DNA of 64,000 nt from the human T2T-CHM13v2.0 reference genome, Homo sapiens: the NCBI GenBank assembly GCA_009914755.4, contig CP068257.2:10752001-10816000 (forward strand). The letters run 5' to 3'. The first letter of the stretch is position 1, and every line of letters begins with the position of its first letter. The notes below the pieces were generated by a model. The model had not been told where the DNA came from, did not search any database, and saw only the letters and a list, made by a program, of their open reading frames with translations. Below, in pieces: positions 38,906 through 64,000 of this stretch. A program made the position numbers and the translations under genes.

Positions 38906-40461
38906 CTAAAGCCTAGAGAATATATGAGGCATAGATTTACATGGTGTTTGACTAAGGCATGCAGAATATAATCTTGACATAGGCTAAGTTTATCAACATG
39001 GATACATAGAGATTCTGAAGTTAAAGTCTTAGCCCAAGAAGTTAGAAGGGGTGCTCAAGTTTGTCTGACAGAAACTGTGAATCCACACTGGCCTGCTTAT
39101 TTTGAGGTTGTGTTGCCAGAGCTTTCCTAGCATAATAAAGAGAGGTGCATACAAAGGAATAGGAATAGTAGGAGGTGGGGGTAAAAATATCAGGTGTGAT
39201 CCACATGCCAAGCCGACCCCCACTGTGTCCCACAGGAAGCCCCAGAAGATGTTTCTCTAAGAAATTAAGGATTCGTTTGTTGGGGAGGGCTGCTGGCATG
39301 TTTGAAAAGTACTGTGACGGCTGAATTTTGTGGGCTTGGGGAGATTGTGGGTTCTCTGATTTCAAGGGGAATGATGTGATCCTAGAACAAGTGACAGTGG
39401 AGGCGCTTATGCTTTGTGATTGCACTAGAGACAAGGAAGACACAACTAGAATAATGGGGAGCAGGAATGGAGCGGCCAACAGAATATCTGACTGCTAGGG
39501 ATCTTTGATGAAGGCTGATTCTTAGGGAGTGAACTAGATCAGTGACCAACTATTTGTCTTTATATAACTGGGTAATGTGGATGGATTCTAATAAAGGGAC
39601 TACTTACAGCACAGCAGGAAAGACACAAAGAAACCAGACAGAAGAGTGTAAGTAGTAAGGGGCCAAGCAGTCACCTGACTAGAGAGAGTGCCAGCTTGCC
39701 AAGAAGGCACCAGACAGAAGCTGTGATCTTCAGCAAAGGGACACAGTCTGCCTGTGCTGACCCTGCAGGGGCAGAGGTGGGGGATAAACACACTCTTCTC
39801 TCACCTATCTTCTGCCACCCCCTCCATTAGCTGAACCCCAATAAAAGCATGAGGGTAAGGGAGATCTCTGCAGTATCCAATTCAGGTGAGCCTCCTAAGG
39901 AACAAAGCAGAACGTAGAAAAATTAAGAATGGGTCTAGGGAATAAAATAGAGATATGCACCGGAGTATGATGATGTGTCTGGGAAAGAATATACAAATAC
40001 TTTTAAAATTACTAGACAATAAACCTGAGATGACACTAATACAGGTAAATCTCATTTAATGGTAATATATTCCAAGAAATGCATCATTACGTGATTTTGT
40101 GGCTGTGCAGACACCATAGAATGTAGTTTATACAAACCTAGACAGTGTAGCCTACAACATACCTAGGCTATATCGTACAGCCTATTGCTCCTGGGCTACA
40201 CACCTGTGCAGCACGTCACTGTGCTGAATACAGTAGGCCAGTAGTCCCCAACACCCAAGCCATGGACCAGCACCGGTTCGTGTCCTGTTAGGAACTGGGC
40301 ACAAAGCAGGAGATGAGTGGCTGGCCAGCTGAGCATTACTTCCTGAGCTCCACCTCCTGTCAGATCAGCAGCAGCATTAGACCTTCACAGGAGCGCAAAC
40401 CCTATTGTGAACTGCACATACAAGGGATCTAGGTTGTGTGCTCCTTATAAGAATCTAACTA

Positions 40462-40750
<289 letters not shown>

Positions 40751-40937
40751 ATAGAATCTAATGCCTGATGATCTGATGATCTGAAGTGGAACAGTTTCAG
40801 CCCAAAGCCATCCCCACTCCGCGGAAAAATTATCTTTCACAAAACCAGTCCTTGGTGTCAAAACTTTGGGGACCACTGCTGTAGGCAGTTATATCACAAT
40901 AGTAATATCTAAACATGGAAAAGATACAGTAAAAACA

Positions 40938-41264
<327 letters not shown>

Positions 41265-42705
41265 CTAGCATGAACAGAGGTTGCAGGACTGGCAGTTGCT
41301 CTGATGAGTCAGTGAGTACTTGGTGAGTGAATGCAAAGGCCTAGGATATTACTGTACATAACTATAGACTTTATATGCACTGTACACTTAGGCTACACTA
41401 AATGTATTTGAAATTTTTCTTTCTTTAACAAGTTCATCTTAGCTTATCGTAACTTCATAAACTTTTAATTTTTTTAACTTTTTGATTCTTATAATAACAC
41501 ATCTTAAAACAAAAACACATTGAACAGCTGTACAGAAATACTTTATATCCTTATTCGATAAGCTTTATTTATTTTTATTTTTTATGTTTTAAACTTTTTT
41601 GTTAAAAACTAAGATACAAACACACACACTAGCTTAGCCCTGTAAGGGTCAGGATAATCAATATCACTGTCTTCCATCTCCAAATCTTGTCCCAGTGAAA
41701 GGTCTTCAGGGTCTTCAAGGGCAATAACATATATGCAGCTGTCATCTTCTATGATAACAAGGCTTTCTTCTGGAAGAACTCCTGAAAGACCTTCCCGACG
41801 CTGTTTTATAGTTAATTATTTTTCATGAGTAGAAGTACTACACTCTAAAATATGAATAAAATGTATAGTATTGTAAATACTGTTGATCCTTGAACAGTGC
41901 AAGGGTTAGGGGACCAGCTCCTGTGCAGTTGAAAATCCATATATAACTCTGGGCTATCCCCAAACTTAACTACTAATAGCCTATTCTTAACTGCAAGCTT
42001 TGCTGATCAAATAAACAATTAATGCATAATTTGTTAATTATATACTGTATTCTTAAAGAAAGAGAAAAGAAAATTCTATTAAGAAAATCATAAGGAGGAG
42101 AAAATATGTTTACTGTTCATTAAGTGAAAGTGGATCATCATAAAGGTCTTCGTCTGCATATTCATGTTGAGCAGCCTGAGGAAGAGAAGAGGAGAAGTTG
42201 ATCCTGTTGTCTCAGGGGTGGGAGAAACAGAAGGAAATTTGCATATAAGTGAACTTGTGCATTTCAAATCCATGCTGTTCAAGGAGCAACTGTACATAAA
42301 CTAGTCACATGGTCATTTATTATCATTAACAAGTATGACATATGGTACATAATTAGATGTGCTAACCTTTAATGCCACTGACAAATGTAGTGGGTTTGCT
42401 TATACCAGCCTCACTGCAAACACATGAGTAATGCGTTGTGCTATGATGTCATCATGGCCACAGTGTTACTAGATGGTAAGAATTTTTCAGCTCTGTTATC
42501 TTAAGCGACCACCATTGTATGCAGTGTAGCATTTACCAAAAAACCATTATGCCACACAGGACCATATTTGGGGCTTTTAGTGTCCCCTGTCCCCAAGATC
42601 CTTCTATTCAAAATGTGAGCTCATGCATGGTTTAAAATTTGTGATGGTGTGCAGTGGACACATGGTGGATTGACATATTTTTTTCTTTACTTTTGAATAG
42701 TTGGA

Positions 42706-43006
42706 TTTTTTTTTTCAAGACAGAGTCTCACTCTGTCACCCAGGCTGGAGTGCAGTGGCGCGATCTCAGCTCACTGCAAGCTCGCAAGCTCTACCTTCTG
42801 GGTTCACGCCATTCTCCTGCCTCAGCCTCCTGAGTAGCTGGGACTACAGGTGCCCACCACCAGGCCCAGCTAATTTTTTTGTATTTTTAGGCGAGACTGG
42901 ATTTCACTGTATTAGCCACGATGTTCTTGATCTCCTGACCTCCTGATCCGCCCACCTTGGCCTTCCAAAGTGCTGGGATTACAGGTGTGAGCCACCAAGC
43001 CCAGCC
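42706..43006 (-). mobile_element. Alu SINE.
   Basis: Poly-T head and Alu reverse-complement consensus ending gccaccaagcccagcc. Confidence 0.9.
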
Positions 43007-43854
43007 GAAGATGACTTCTTAAAATAGACACGAAGTATGAAAATACTTGTAGCCCAAGTAAATTCTTATTAGAGGGAATCCACTGAAGAGGAGTAATCGT
43101 ATGCATACAATGACATGTTATATAATAGATGTTAGTCAGCTGATACTTGTTCAATGGGCTCATGAACAGATGCACATAATATTAAGGATAGAAGGTATTC
43201 ACGACTTTACATAATCAAATTGTATCTGGACCAATGTAGAACAACTAAGGCTAATATGACAGCCTTCCCTCAGGGGCTACCCAGTCAACTTGCAGATTGA
43301 TGACATTGAAACCCATCCCTCAGGGATTTTGTTCTCACTGAAATAGACACTTATTCTGGGTACGAACTCACCTTTTACATTTGCAATTTTTCTGCTGGTA
43401 CTACCATGAGTGAACTTAAATAATTTGTTATTCACCATCATGATATCCCATACAACATTGTTTTTGACTAAGGAATTCATTTCACTGCAAAAAAAATATG
43501 GTATTAGGCTCATGTTTGTGCAATTCATTGGATTTACAACATAATCCCTATCACCTAGAAGAATCTGACATGATGGAATGGAATCATGTAACTCAGTTAA
43601 TGCTCCCAGCTGGTAAACAACACATAGTGAGGTTGGGATGTTGTCCTACAGTGTGTGGTATAAACTTAGAGTCAGTGACCACCGTGTAGTGTTATTTATC
43701 TTACAACAAAAACACATGAATCTGAAAGTCAAGGGGAGGGGGCTCCCTGCACTATTATGCCTAATTTGCACTTGCAGACTTTTTCTTCCCTTTTGTGAAA
43801 CTTTGGGTTCTCCTCATTTAGAGATAATGATTCCCCAGGGAGGAAACTAACTTC

Positions 43855-44935
<1,081 letters not shown>

Positions 44936-45570
44936 GAAGCTGAAATACCATTTGGGGATATTTAGTTCTTCTTGAAACTAACGGTAAAGAAAACAGCAGA
45001 CCTATTAACAGGTAATTGATCTAGAGATAGCCAAGGTGAAATTGGGTTTCTCTATTCAGTAGGGGCAGGGAGGACTATGTGTGGAACACAGGAGTATCTC
45101 AGTCATTCCATGTGTGATAGTACATGAAAGAGATGAGCAGTTGTAGTGCTGTTCACTGTGCAAAAGTATCCCTTCTTCCTAACGTGGGAGGGCTGCTTTT
45201 GCAAATATGTCTGTGCTATTTCTCACTGGTCCTGCCTCTTCTGTTCTTGGAATCAAACTCAGTCCACGACAGATCCCACTACTAGCTGAATTTCTTTATT
45301 AGTCCTATCACAAATGAAATTTTGTATTAGCACCTCAGGGGATTTCTTTAATTTTGCAAAAGTATGTCATCCTAATTTATTATTTTTTTCCTAAGATCTG
45401 GCAATGAGCATCGGTTCTCTGCTTCCTATCTTACCCTGCTCACTCACAGCTGCTTCAGGTGACCTCCTTTTTAGGTTCAGAGTTATGGCTGACCTCGGCT
45501 TTAATCAAAACGAATGTATTTTGGTTTCTCATTTTGTTTATTGCTTCTGTCTTCAAATTAGAAATCCTAG

Positions 45571-45881
<311 letters not shown>

Positions 45882-45949
45882 ACGATTTTTATGACCATGA
45901 ATGGGGACAGATTTCTTAAACAGATCACAATGAGCCATAGTTTTAAGGG

Positions 45950-47565
45950 AATAAGTTGATAAATTAGACTATATTCAAATTAAGAATTTCTGTTTATTAA
46001 GAGACACCACTAAGAAAGTGACAAGACAAGTTGCAGAGTGGAAACAGATCTATGAACACAGAACTGACAGAGGGCTCACATCAACAATATGTAAAGAGCT
46101 CTTAAAAATCACTAAGAGAAAGAACAATGGGTAAAACACTTAAACGTGTAATTTATAAAAGCAAAACTTGAATGTGTTCAGCTTTCTTAGTATTCATGTA
46201 AATGCAAATTAACATCACAACAGGATAACATATCCTCCAAAACGGCTAAAATGTAAAAGATAGAACACCAAGTGTTGGAGAGAATCTGGAGCAACAAGAA
46301 CTCTCATCACTGCTGGAGGGGATACTGTGTTTGGCATTGAATAAAGGTTCTAGAAAGGAGCACATTTAGGACTCAGGTATTTCACTCTTAGGATAACAGA
46401 AACGCATGCACATCTGCATCAAAAGACATCTATGGAAATGTGTGTGGCATCATTCTCTGTCATTGGAAAAATATCTTGAAACAAAACCCAAATGTGACTT
46501 CTGTTTTCCAGCTTGGAAGCTGTCACTCCTGTCCTCACAACGACAACAAAAAACACCTTGAACAAACTGAAAATTACAACTTTTCTTAGATCCATCAGAG
46601 ACTTGAGGTTAACAGGGAAAACCGTTATCCCCCAAATTGGAGAGGCAGTGAGTCCCAGCCTAACAGGATCGGAGGCTGGCCACTGGAGCCAGAACCACGG
46701 TGGGAAGACTTACATGTAAACAACAAATCGCTGGAGGCTCCATGCACATAAACTTGAGAATTAAGAATTAAGGGAGCCCAGTCTTAGGGGGCCCTACACT
46801 TTCATGAACCTCCAAGAGCTCTGCCAGACGCTCTTATGCACATCAGAGAAAAATTCCCTCCTGCTTCCCACAGGGAAGGGGAAAAGTAACTACTTTGAAA
46901 TATGCCCTGGGTGTTCCGTTCTCCTTAGCAAAAGCCTGCCCCAGGGAAACCATTTCACAAGAGTCTAACCACCTTGGGCTTTAGCAGGGCCTAACACCTG
47001 TTAGAATAAGAATAAAAATTGCATCAAACTTTTCTTCAGAACCCATGCAAGCAAGCAAAAAAATTCCACCAAACTAAAATTCTGTATCCTGCAAAATTAT
47101 CTTTCCAAAGTGAAGAAAAAGACTTTCTCAGAGAAACACAAATTTGCTGTCAGTAGATCTGTCAAAATGTTAAAAGAAGTTATCCAGAGAGAAGAAAATG
47201 ATATAGGCTAAAAACTTGGATCTACATAAAGAAAAAAGGTTTTAGAGAAGGAAGAAAGGGGCTTCCTGCCTCCCTCCTCCATGGGGCACTGGTGCTATGC
47301 CCAGCACCCAGATGCCCCTACCCAATGCTGAATAAGAACACAGAGCACCATGAATGGCTGGCTCTAAAAGGAAAAGTGGAAGACTTGTGTTCTCAACCCA
47401 CAGCTGCTACTGCTACATTTAAAGACACTGCAGTGAACATTGTAAGTTCTCTGGCTCATGGAGGGAGGAATCTATTCCAAAGACTCTGAGAAAAACTGTA
47501 AATTAAACAAAAATATGGTGAAAGCTGGTTCCTGAGCTTTATTGATGTTAATAATGCACCTTATT
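45950..47565 (+). mobile_element. Degenerate older LINE-1 pieces in plus orientation. An ORF2 C-terminal-like segment (45950-46500) is followed by an ORF1 C-terminal-like segment (about 47100-47270).
   Basis: ..atgcaaattaacatcacaacaggataacat...gttggagagaatctggagcaacaagaactctcatcactgctggagg matches L1 ORF2 (MQIKTT..CWRGCGE). ..gtcaaaatgttaaaagaagttatccagagagaagaaaatgatatagg resembles the ORF1 end (..MLKEVLQAEGK..). Confidence 0.5.
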
Positions 47566-47878
47566 GGCCAGGCACAGTGGCTCATGACTGTGATCTCAGC
47601 ACTTTGGGAGGCCAATGTGGGAGGATCACAAGGTCAGAAGATCGAGTCCAGCCAGGCCAACATGGTGAAACCCTGTCTCTACTAAAAATACAAAAATTAG
47701 CTGGGTGTGGTAGCACGTGCCTGTAATCCCAGTGACTCAGGAAGCTGAGGCAGGAGAATCGCTTGAACCCGGCAGGTGGAGGTTGCTGTGAGCTGAGATG
47801 GCACCACTCCACTACAGCCTCGTGACAAAGGAAGACTACCTCTCAAAAAACAAAAAACAAAAACAAAAAAACAAAAAA
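47566..47878 (+). mobile_element. Alu SINE with a long interrupted poly-A ((CAAAA)n).
   Basis: ggccaggcacagtggctcatgactgtgatctcagcactttgggaggcc... Confidence 0.9.
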
Positions 47879-47879
47879 C

Positions 47880-49075
47880 TGGTCACCTTTTCACCATATA
47901 CAAAAATTAACTCAGGTTGGATTAAAGATTTAAATTTAAGACCTCAAACTAAAATAAACCTGGAAGAAAAACTTCAAAAGTACCATTCTGGATATGGGCT
48001 ATGGGAAATAATTCATGACTAAGACTTCAAAAGAAATTGCAACAAAAGCAAAAGTTGACAAATGGGACCTAATTAAACTAAAGAGCTGCCACACAGCAAA
48101 GGAAACCATCAGCAGAGTAAACAACCTACAGAATGGGGGAAATTATTCACAAACTATGCATCCAACAAAGGTCTAATATTTAGAATCTATAAGGAACATA
48201 ATTCAACAAGCAAAACACAACCCCATTTAAAAAGGGGCAAAAGACATAGACACTTCTCAGAAGGAGACATACATGCAGCCAACAAACATGAAAAAAATGC
48301 TCATCATCACTAATCACGAGGGAAATGCAAATCAAAACCACAATGAGATATTATCTCACACCAGTCAGAATGGCTATTTTTAAAAAGTAAAAAAAAAAAA
48401 TAGCAGATACTGGCGAGGATAAGGAGAAAAGGGAATGCTTATACACCTTTGGTGGGAATGTAATTTAGTTCAGCCACTGTGGAAAGCAATTTGGAGATTT
48501 CTCAAAGAACATAAAACCGAACTAACATTCAACCCAGCAGTCTCATTACCGAATATGTATCCAAAAGAAAACAAATCATTCCACCAAAAAGACATATGCA
48601 CTTGTATGTTTATTGCAACACTATTCACATTAGCAAAGACATGGGATCAACCTAGGTGCCCATCAACAGTGGACTATCAACAGTGGACTGGATAAAAATG
48701 TGGTACATATAGACCATGGAATACTATGCAGCCACAAAAAAGAATGAAATTATGTTCTTTGAGGGAAAATGGCTACAGCTGGAATCCAGGAAGTGAACTA
48801 ATGTAGTAACAGAAAACAAACGCCTCATGTTCCTATAAGTAGGAGCTAAATTCTGAGTACCCATGGATATGAAGATGGTGAAAATAGACACTAGGGACTG
48901 CTAGGAGGGGGAGGGAGGAAGGAAAAGGTTGAAAAACTGCTGAATACCATGTTCAGTACCTGGGTGTTGGGATCATTCACACCCCAAACCTCAGCACCAC
49001 ACAATACACCCAGGTAATAAACCTGCACATGTAGACCCTGAATCTAACATAAAAGTTGAAAAAGAAAAAACAGAA
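47880..49075 (+). mobile_element. LINE-1 (older L1P-type) 3' portion, covering the ORF2 C-terminus and 3'UTR.
   Basis: ..tatacaaaaattaactcaggttggattaaagatttaaat.. (YTKINSGWIKDLN), ..gggaaatgcaaatcaaaaccacaatgagatattatctcacacc.., and the 3' end ..gtagaccctgaatctaacataaaagttgaaaaagaaaaaa. Confidence 0.8.
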
Positions 49076-49712
49076 TGGAATCTCTGTTTATTCTCAACAT
49101 ATCAGTTGTGCCTTTCCTCAATTTGAAACTCTCACTATTGGCTATATTTGGGGGTGCCCTATTTCCCATCTCATAACTTATTTTAAGAAACACAGCATAA
49201 TAATGTGTGGGTTTGGGATTCAGTTTTTGAAAAAAAACACTGAGCCTTCAATGAACTTCCGGTCCATGTAAAAGCACACCTGTCTGCATGGCAGCACTAG
49301 GACCTCACAATGTGGATTGTGCCTTCACCCAGGAATGTTTATGCCCTATCGCCATGGTGATGGGATTAGAAATCTCCTGCCCTTGGTCATAAGTGCCACT
49401 GTCTGGGCTGAGTTTTTCAAAGGTCAGAGCAGATTGAAATTTTGTGGGTTCATTTTCCCTGATTTTGATTTTTCTTAAGGGGAACCTGTGTTCCTCCAAT
49501 CGAGGTATGTTCATACTGGCCTGTCAAATGCGATCTTTTCAAATTATTAGTTAATACTTTCAAAATTTGTTATTTAAAAAATTATCCTCTGTATTTTCCA
49601 TATGCAGTTATAAATATGTTTCATGGTTATGTTTTATTCCTCAATATACATATTTGATTATTTTACCAAGCAGAGTACCTTTGAAATTTTTCTTCATTTA
49701 AAAAATATGGAT

Positions 49713-50008
<296 letters not shown>

Positions 50009-50997
50009 ATATATATATAATAAATGACATATGTAATATATAATATATATCATATATAATATGTCCTAATATATGATATATATAATATATATGCTATGTC
50101 ATTTACATATATTATATATAATATATATGACATAGAATATATATTATATGAAATATATAATTTATTGTATATAAAATGTTATATATATTATATATTATAT
50201 ATTATATATAATATATATGATAATATTATATAATATATATTACATATATGTCATTATATATATGATATATAATATGTGATATATAATATATATAATATAT
50301 TTCATATGTAATATATTATATATGATATATATTATATATGATATAAATTACATATATGATATATATTATATATTGTGTATGATATATGATATGTAATATA
50401 TATGACATATATAAAATATATATATTACATATATATTATAAGATATGTAATATATTATATTGTATTATATATCATAATATATATTATAATTATTATTTAA
50501 TTTAATATTATTATATATTATATAATATTATATTATTCTATATAATATATATATTATATGTTTAATATAATATATAATAATATAATGTACTTATGATATA
50601 TTATATATCATATATATTATATACTATATATTATATATAATATAAACTATATGTTATATATAATATATAGTATATATTATATACTATATATTATATATAT
50701 TATATATTATATATAATATAAACTATATGTATTATATATTATATAATATATAATGTATATAGTATATATTATATATTATTATATAATTATATAGAATTGT
50801 ATAAATATAATTATATATAATTATATAAATATAATTATATATAATTATACAATATATATAATTATATATTTTATATTATATTATATATAATATATATAAT
50901 ATCAGGATGCAGGATGTAAAAGGAAATATCTATAATATATATATTATATATATTTTATATTATATTATCTATAATTAAATATATATATATAAATATT
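50009..50997. repeat. TA-rich low-complexity tract, array copy 1.
   Basis: Irregular (TATATAAT/ATATA)n. A conserved motif atgcaggatgtaaaaggaaat is embedded ~90 bp before the next unit. Confidence 0.85.
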
Positions 50998-51562
50998 TGG
51001 GGGTGTCCTATTTCGAATCTAATAACTTATTTTAAGAAGCACAGCATAATAATATGTGGGCTTGGGATTCAGTTTTTGAAACAGAACAATGAGCCTTCAA
51101 TGACCTTCCTGTACATGTAAAAGCACAACTGTCTGCATGGCAGCAGTTGGACCTCACAATGTGGATTGTGCCTTCACCGTGGAATGTTTATACCCTATCG
51201 CCATGGTGATGGGATTAGGGATCTCCTGCCCTTGGTCCTAAGTGCCACTGTCTGTGCTGAATTTTTCGAAGGTCACAGCAGATTGAACATTTGTGGTTTC
51301 ATTTTCCCTGATTTTGATTTTTCTTATGGGGAACCTGTGTTGCTGCATTCAAGGTATGTTCATACTGGCCTGTCAAATGCGAACTCTTCAAATTACTAGT
51401 TAATGCTTTCAAAATATCCTATTTAAAAAATTATCCACTGTATTTTCCATATGCAGTTATAAATATGTTTCATGGTTATGTTTTATTAATCGATTTATAT
51501 ATTTGATTATTGTACCAAGCAGAGTACCTTAGAAATTTTTCTTCATTTAAAAAATATGTATC

Positions 51563-52898
<1,336 letters not shown>

Positions 52899-53465
52899 TT
52901 GGTGGTGCTCTATTTCTCATCTCATAAATTATTTTAAGAAGCACAGCATAATAATGTGTGGGCTTGGGATTCAATTTTTGAAACAAAACACTGAGCCTTC
53001 AATGAGCTTCCTCTACCTGTAAAAGCACACCTGTCTGCATGGCAGCTGTTGGACCTCACAATGTGCATTGTGCCTTCACCCTGGAATGTTTATGCCCTAT
53101 CGCCATGGTGATGGGATTAGGCATCTCCTGCCCTTGGTCTTAAGTGCCACTGTCTGTGCTGAATTTTTCAAAGGTCAGAGCAGATTGAGCCTTTGTGGTT
53201 TCATTTTCCCTGATTTTCATTTTTCTCATGGGGAACCTGTGTTGCTGCATTCAAGGTATGTTCATACTGGCCTGTCAAATGCAAACTCTTCAAATTACTA
53301 GTTAATGCTTTCAAAATATGTTATTTAAAAAATTATCCTCTGTATTTTCCATATGCAGTTATAAATATGTTTCATGGTTCTGTTTTATTCCTCAATTTAT
53401 ATATTTGATTATTGTACCAAGCAGAGTACCTTTGAAATTATTTTTCATTTAAAAAATATATACCT

Positions 53466-55060
<1,595 letters not shown>

Positions 55061-55626
55061 TGTGGGTGCCCTATTTCCCATCTCATAACTTATTTTAAGA
55101 AGCACAGCATTATAATGTGTGGGCTTGGGATTCAGTTTTTGAAACAAAACACTGAGCCTTCAATGACCTTTCGGTCTATGTAAAAGCACTCCTGTCTTCC
55201 TGGCAGCATTTGGACCTCACAATGTGGATTGTGCCCTCACCCTGCAATTTTTATGCCCTATCGCCATGGTGACGAGATTAGGGATCTCCTGCTCTTGGTC
55301 CTATGGGCCACTGCCTGTGCTGTGTTTTTCAAAGGTCAGAACAGATTGAACCTTTGTGGTTTTATTTTCCCTGATTTTGATTTTTCTCATGGGGAACCTA
55401 TGTTGCTGCATTGAAGGTATATTCATACTGGCCTTTCAAATGCGAACTCTTCAAATTACTACTTAATGCTTTCAAAATATGTTATTTAAAAAATTATCCT
55501 CTGTGTTTTCCATATGCAGTTATAAATATGATTCATGGTTATGTTTTATTCCTCAGTTTATATATTTGATTCTTGTACCAAGCAGAGTACCTTTGAAATT
55601 TTTTTTCATTTAAAACATATGTATCT

Positions 55627-57937
<2,311 letters not shown>

Positions 57938-58503
57938 TGTGGGTGCCCTATTTCCCATCTCATAACTTATTTTAAGAAGCACAGCATAATAATGTGTGGG
58001 CTTGGGATTCAGTTCTTGAAAGAAAACACTGAGCCTTCAATGACGTTTCGGTCTGTGAAAAAGCACTCCTGTCTTCCTGGAAGCAGTTGTACCGCACAAT
58101 GTGGATTGTGCCCTCACCCTGCAATGTTTATGCCCTATCGCCATGGTGACGAGATTAGGGATCTCCTGCTCTTGGTCCTAAGGGCCACTGCCTGTGCTGT
58201 GTTTTTCAAAGGTCAGAACAGATTGAACCTTTGTGGTTTTATTTCCCCTGATTTTGATTTTTCTCATGGGGAACCTATGTTGCTGCATTGAAGGTATATT
58301 CATACTGGCCTTTCAAATGCGAACTCTTCAAATTACTAGTTAATGCTTTCCAAATATGTTATTTAGAAAATTATCTTCTGTATTTTCCATATGCAGTTAT
58401 AAATATGATTCATGGTTATGTTTTATTCCTCAGTTTATATATTTGATTGTTGTACCAAGCAGAGTACTTCTGAAACTTTTTTTCATTTGAAAAGTATGTA
58501 TCT

Positions 58504-58796
<293 letters not shown>

Positions 58797-60220
58797 TATA
58801 TATGATATATATTATATATTATATGATATGCTTTCTATGTAATATATAATATATATGTCATAATATATAATATTTATGTTATTTTATATATAATATATAT
58901 TATATATATTACATAATATATATAATACATAATACATATTATCATATATCTTATAGAGGAAAATACATAGTTATATATAATGTAACATATAGTTATATAT
59001 AATGTATAACATATCTAATATATCATACATGATATATAACATATACATTGTATGTTATATATTATATTTTATATGTAATAAAATATATATAATTATATGT
59101 AATATAATTATATAATCATATATTTTTATATATAATATAAATAATTATGTATATAATTATATAGTTATATGTATAACTATATAACTAAGTATAATTATAT
59201 ATAATATAATAAATATATAATGTATAATATATAATATATAGTATACAACATCTACATAATGTATATATTTAATATATCATAATATAATGTATATTTTAAT
59301 ATTGTGTATGTAACTTATTATGTGATATATAATATATATTGTGTAATATATAATAATATAATGTAATATATATGTTATATAACATAAAATGTTATATAAC
59401 TTAATATTATATAGTTCTATATAATATACTATTATATATTCCTATATAATAGTATATTATATATTTATATGTATTATATAGTTGTATATATTAGTTATGT
59501 ATAATATAAAACATATATAATATAGATCATATAATATATATTATATAGCATATATATTATGTCATATATTATATATTATATATCATATATATCATATGTG
59601 ATATATATATCATATACCATATATTGTATATTATATATTATAATATATGGTGTATATTATATATAATATATGATATACATTATATTATCTATAATAAATT
59701 ATACATTATATATAACATTATATATAATATATATAACATATATTGTATATAACATAACATATAACATATATTTTATATAATATATAACATATATCATATA
59801 TAATATATAACATACATATAATATACATTTAATATATGTATTATACATATAAAGTATATATAATATATAATTTATATTATATAAATGTCATAAAATATAT
59901 ATTGTATGTCATATTGTACATATATAATTATGTATTATATATTATATATTATATATAACATGGATATAGTATCTATATTATATAATGTATATTATATATT
60001 TAATAGGTGTATTATACATATAATGTATATGTGATATATAATATATATTATATATGTCTTAAAATATATATATTTCATATTTTATATATATAATTATATA
60101 TTATCAATTATTATATTACATATATAATATGCAGGATGTAAAACAAAATTATATATGTTATATATATTATATATATTATACTATATATTATTATATATAT
60201 AATATATGTATATATATATT
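58797..60220. repeat. TA-rich low-complexity tract, array copy 5.
   Basis: Irregular TA-rich repeats, with an atgcaggatgtaaaacaaaatt motif near the end. Confidence 0.85.
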
Positions 60221-60781
60221 GTGGGTGCCCTATTTCCCATCTCATAACTTATTTTAAGAAGCACAGCATAATGTGTGGGCTTGGGATTCAGTTTTTGAAA
60301 GAAAACACTGAGCCTTCAATGAGCTTTCGGTCTAGGTAAAAGCACTCCTGTCTTCCTGGCAGCAGTTGGACCTCACAGTGTGGATTGGGCCCTCACCCTG
60401 CAATGTTGATGCCCTATCGCCATGGTGACGGGATTAGGGATCTCCTACTCTTGGTCCTAAGGGCCACTGCCTGTGCTGTGTTTTTCAAAGGTCAGAACAG
60501 ATTGAACCTTTGTGGTTTTATTTTCCCTGATTTTGATTTTTCTCATGGGAAACCTATGTTGCTGCATTGAAGATATATTCATACTGGCCTTTCAAATGCG
60601 AACTCTTCAAATTACTGGTTAATGCTTTCAAAATATATTATTTAAGAAATTATCCTCTGTATTTTCCATATGCAGTTATAAATATGTTTCATGGTTATGT
60701 TTTATTCCTCAGTTTATATATTTGATTATTGTACCAAGCAGATTACCTTTGAAATTTTTTTCCTTTTAAAAATATGTATCT

Positions 60782-62460
<1,679 letters not shown>

Positions 62461-63021
62461 TGCATGCCCTATTTCCAATCTCATAACTTATTTTAAGAAG
62501 CACAGCATAATAAAGTGTGTGCTTGGGATTCAGTTTTTGAAACAAAACACTGAACCTTCAATGACCTTTCGGTCTATGTAAAAGCTCTCCTGTCTTCCTG
62601 GCAGCAGTTGGACCTCACAATGTGGATTGTGCCCTCACCCTGCAATGTTTATGCCCTATCGCCATGGTGACGGGATTAGGGATCTCCTGCTCTTGGTCCT
62701 AAGGGCCACTGTCTGTGCTGTGTTTTTCAAAGGTCAGAACAGATTGAACCTTTGTGGTTTTATTTCCCCTGATTTTGATTTTTCTCATGGGGAACCTATG
62801 TTGCTGCATTGAAGGTATATTCATACTGGCCTTTCAAATGCAAACTCTTCAAATTACTAGTTAATGCTTTCAAAACATAGTATTTAAAATGTTATCTGTA
62901 TTTTCCATATTCAGTTATAAATATGTTTCATGGTTATGTTTTATTCCTCAGATTATATATTTGATTGTTGTACCAAGCAGAGTACCTTTGAAATTTTTTT
63001 TCATTTAAAAAATATGTATCT

Positions 63022-64000
<979 letters not shown>

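Overview
This window reads as human (primate) genomic DNA and is very repeat-dense. I find no prokaryote-style operon, CRISPR array or defence system, and no intact protein-coding gene I can support. Content by region:

- **Left end (1-6600):** GATA-type microsatellite/satellite arrays, an LTR-like element with an internal tandem repeat, and seven Alus. Six of the Alus sit in the same orientation within 2.3 kb, with signs of Alu-into-Alu-tail insertion and local tandem duplication.
- **8.7-9.3 kb:** a 45-bp minisatellite.
- **11-16.5 kb:** older 5'-truncated L1 fragments, one carrying an Alu insertion.
- **16.9-18.1 kb:** a vomeronasal type-1 receptor (V1R/VN1R) pseudogene on the minus strand, split by an Alu insertion with a clear target-site duplication.
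- **19.7-25.9 kb:** a full-length young L1 (L1PA-like, about 6.2 kb, 5'UTR present) whose ORF1 and ORF2 are both disrupted.
- **26-27 kb and 34-38.5 kb:** older L1 fragments on the minus strand.
- **31.6-33.2 kb:** a roughly 1.6-kb CpG island with a candidate ATG and GTAAGT splice donor.
- **43.9-44.9 kb:** a 5'-truncated processed pseudogene of EIF3F on the minus strand.
- **49.15 kb to the window end:** at least seven tandem copies of a composite unit, each made of about 570 bp of unique sequence, a 5'-truncated Alu, and a long, length-variable TA-rich tract (period 1.85-2.9 kb).

The macrosatellite-like array at the right end is the most unusual structure. All product assignments rest on my reading of the translated ORFs and of repeat consensus sequences, and none has been checked by a database search.
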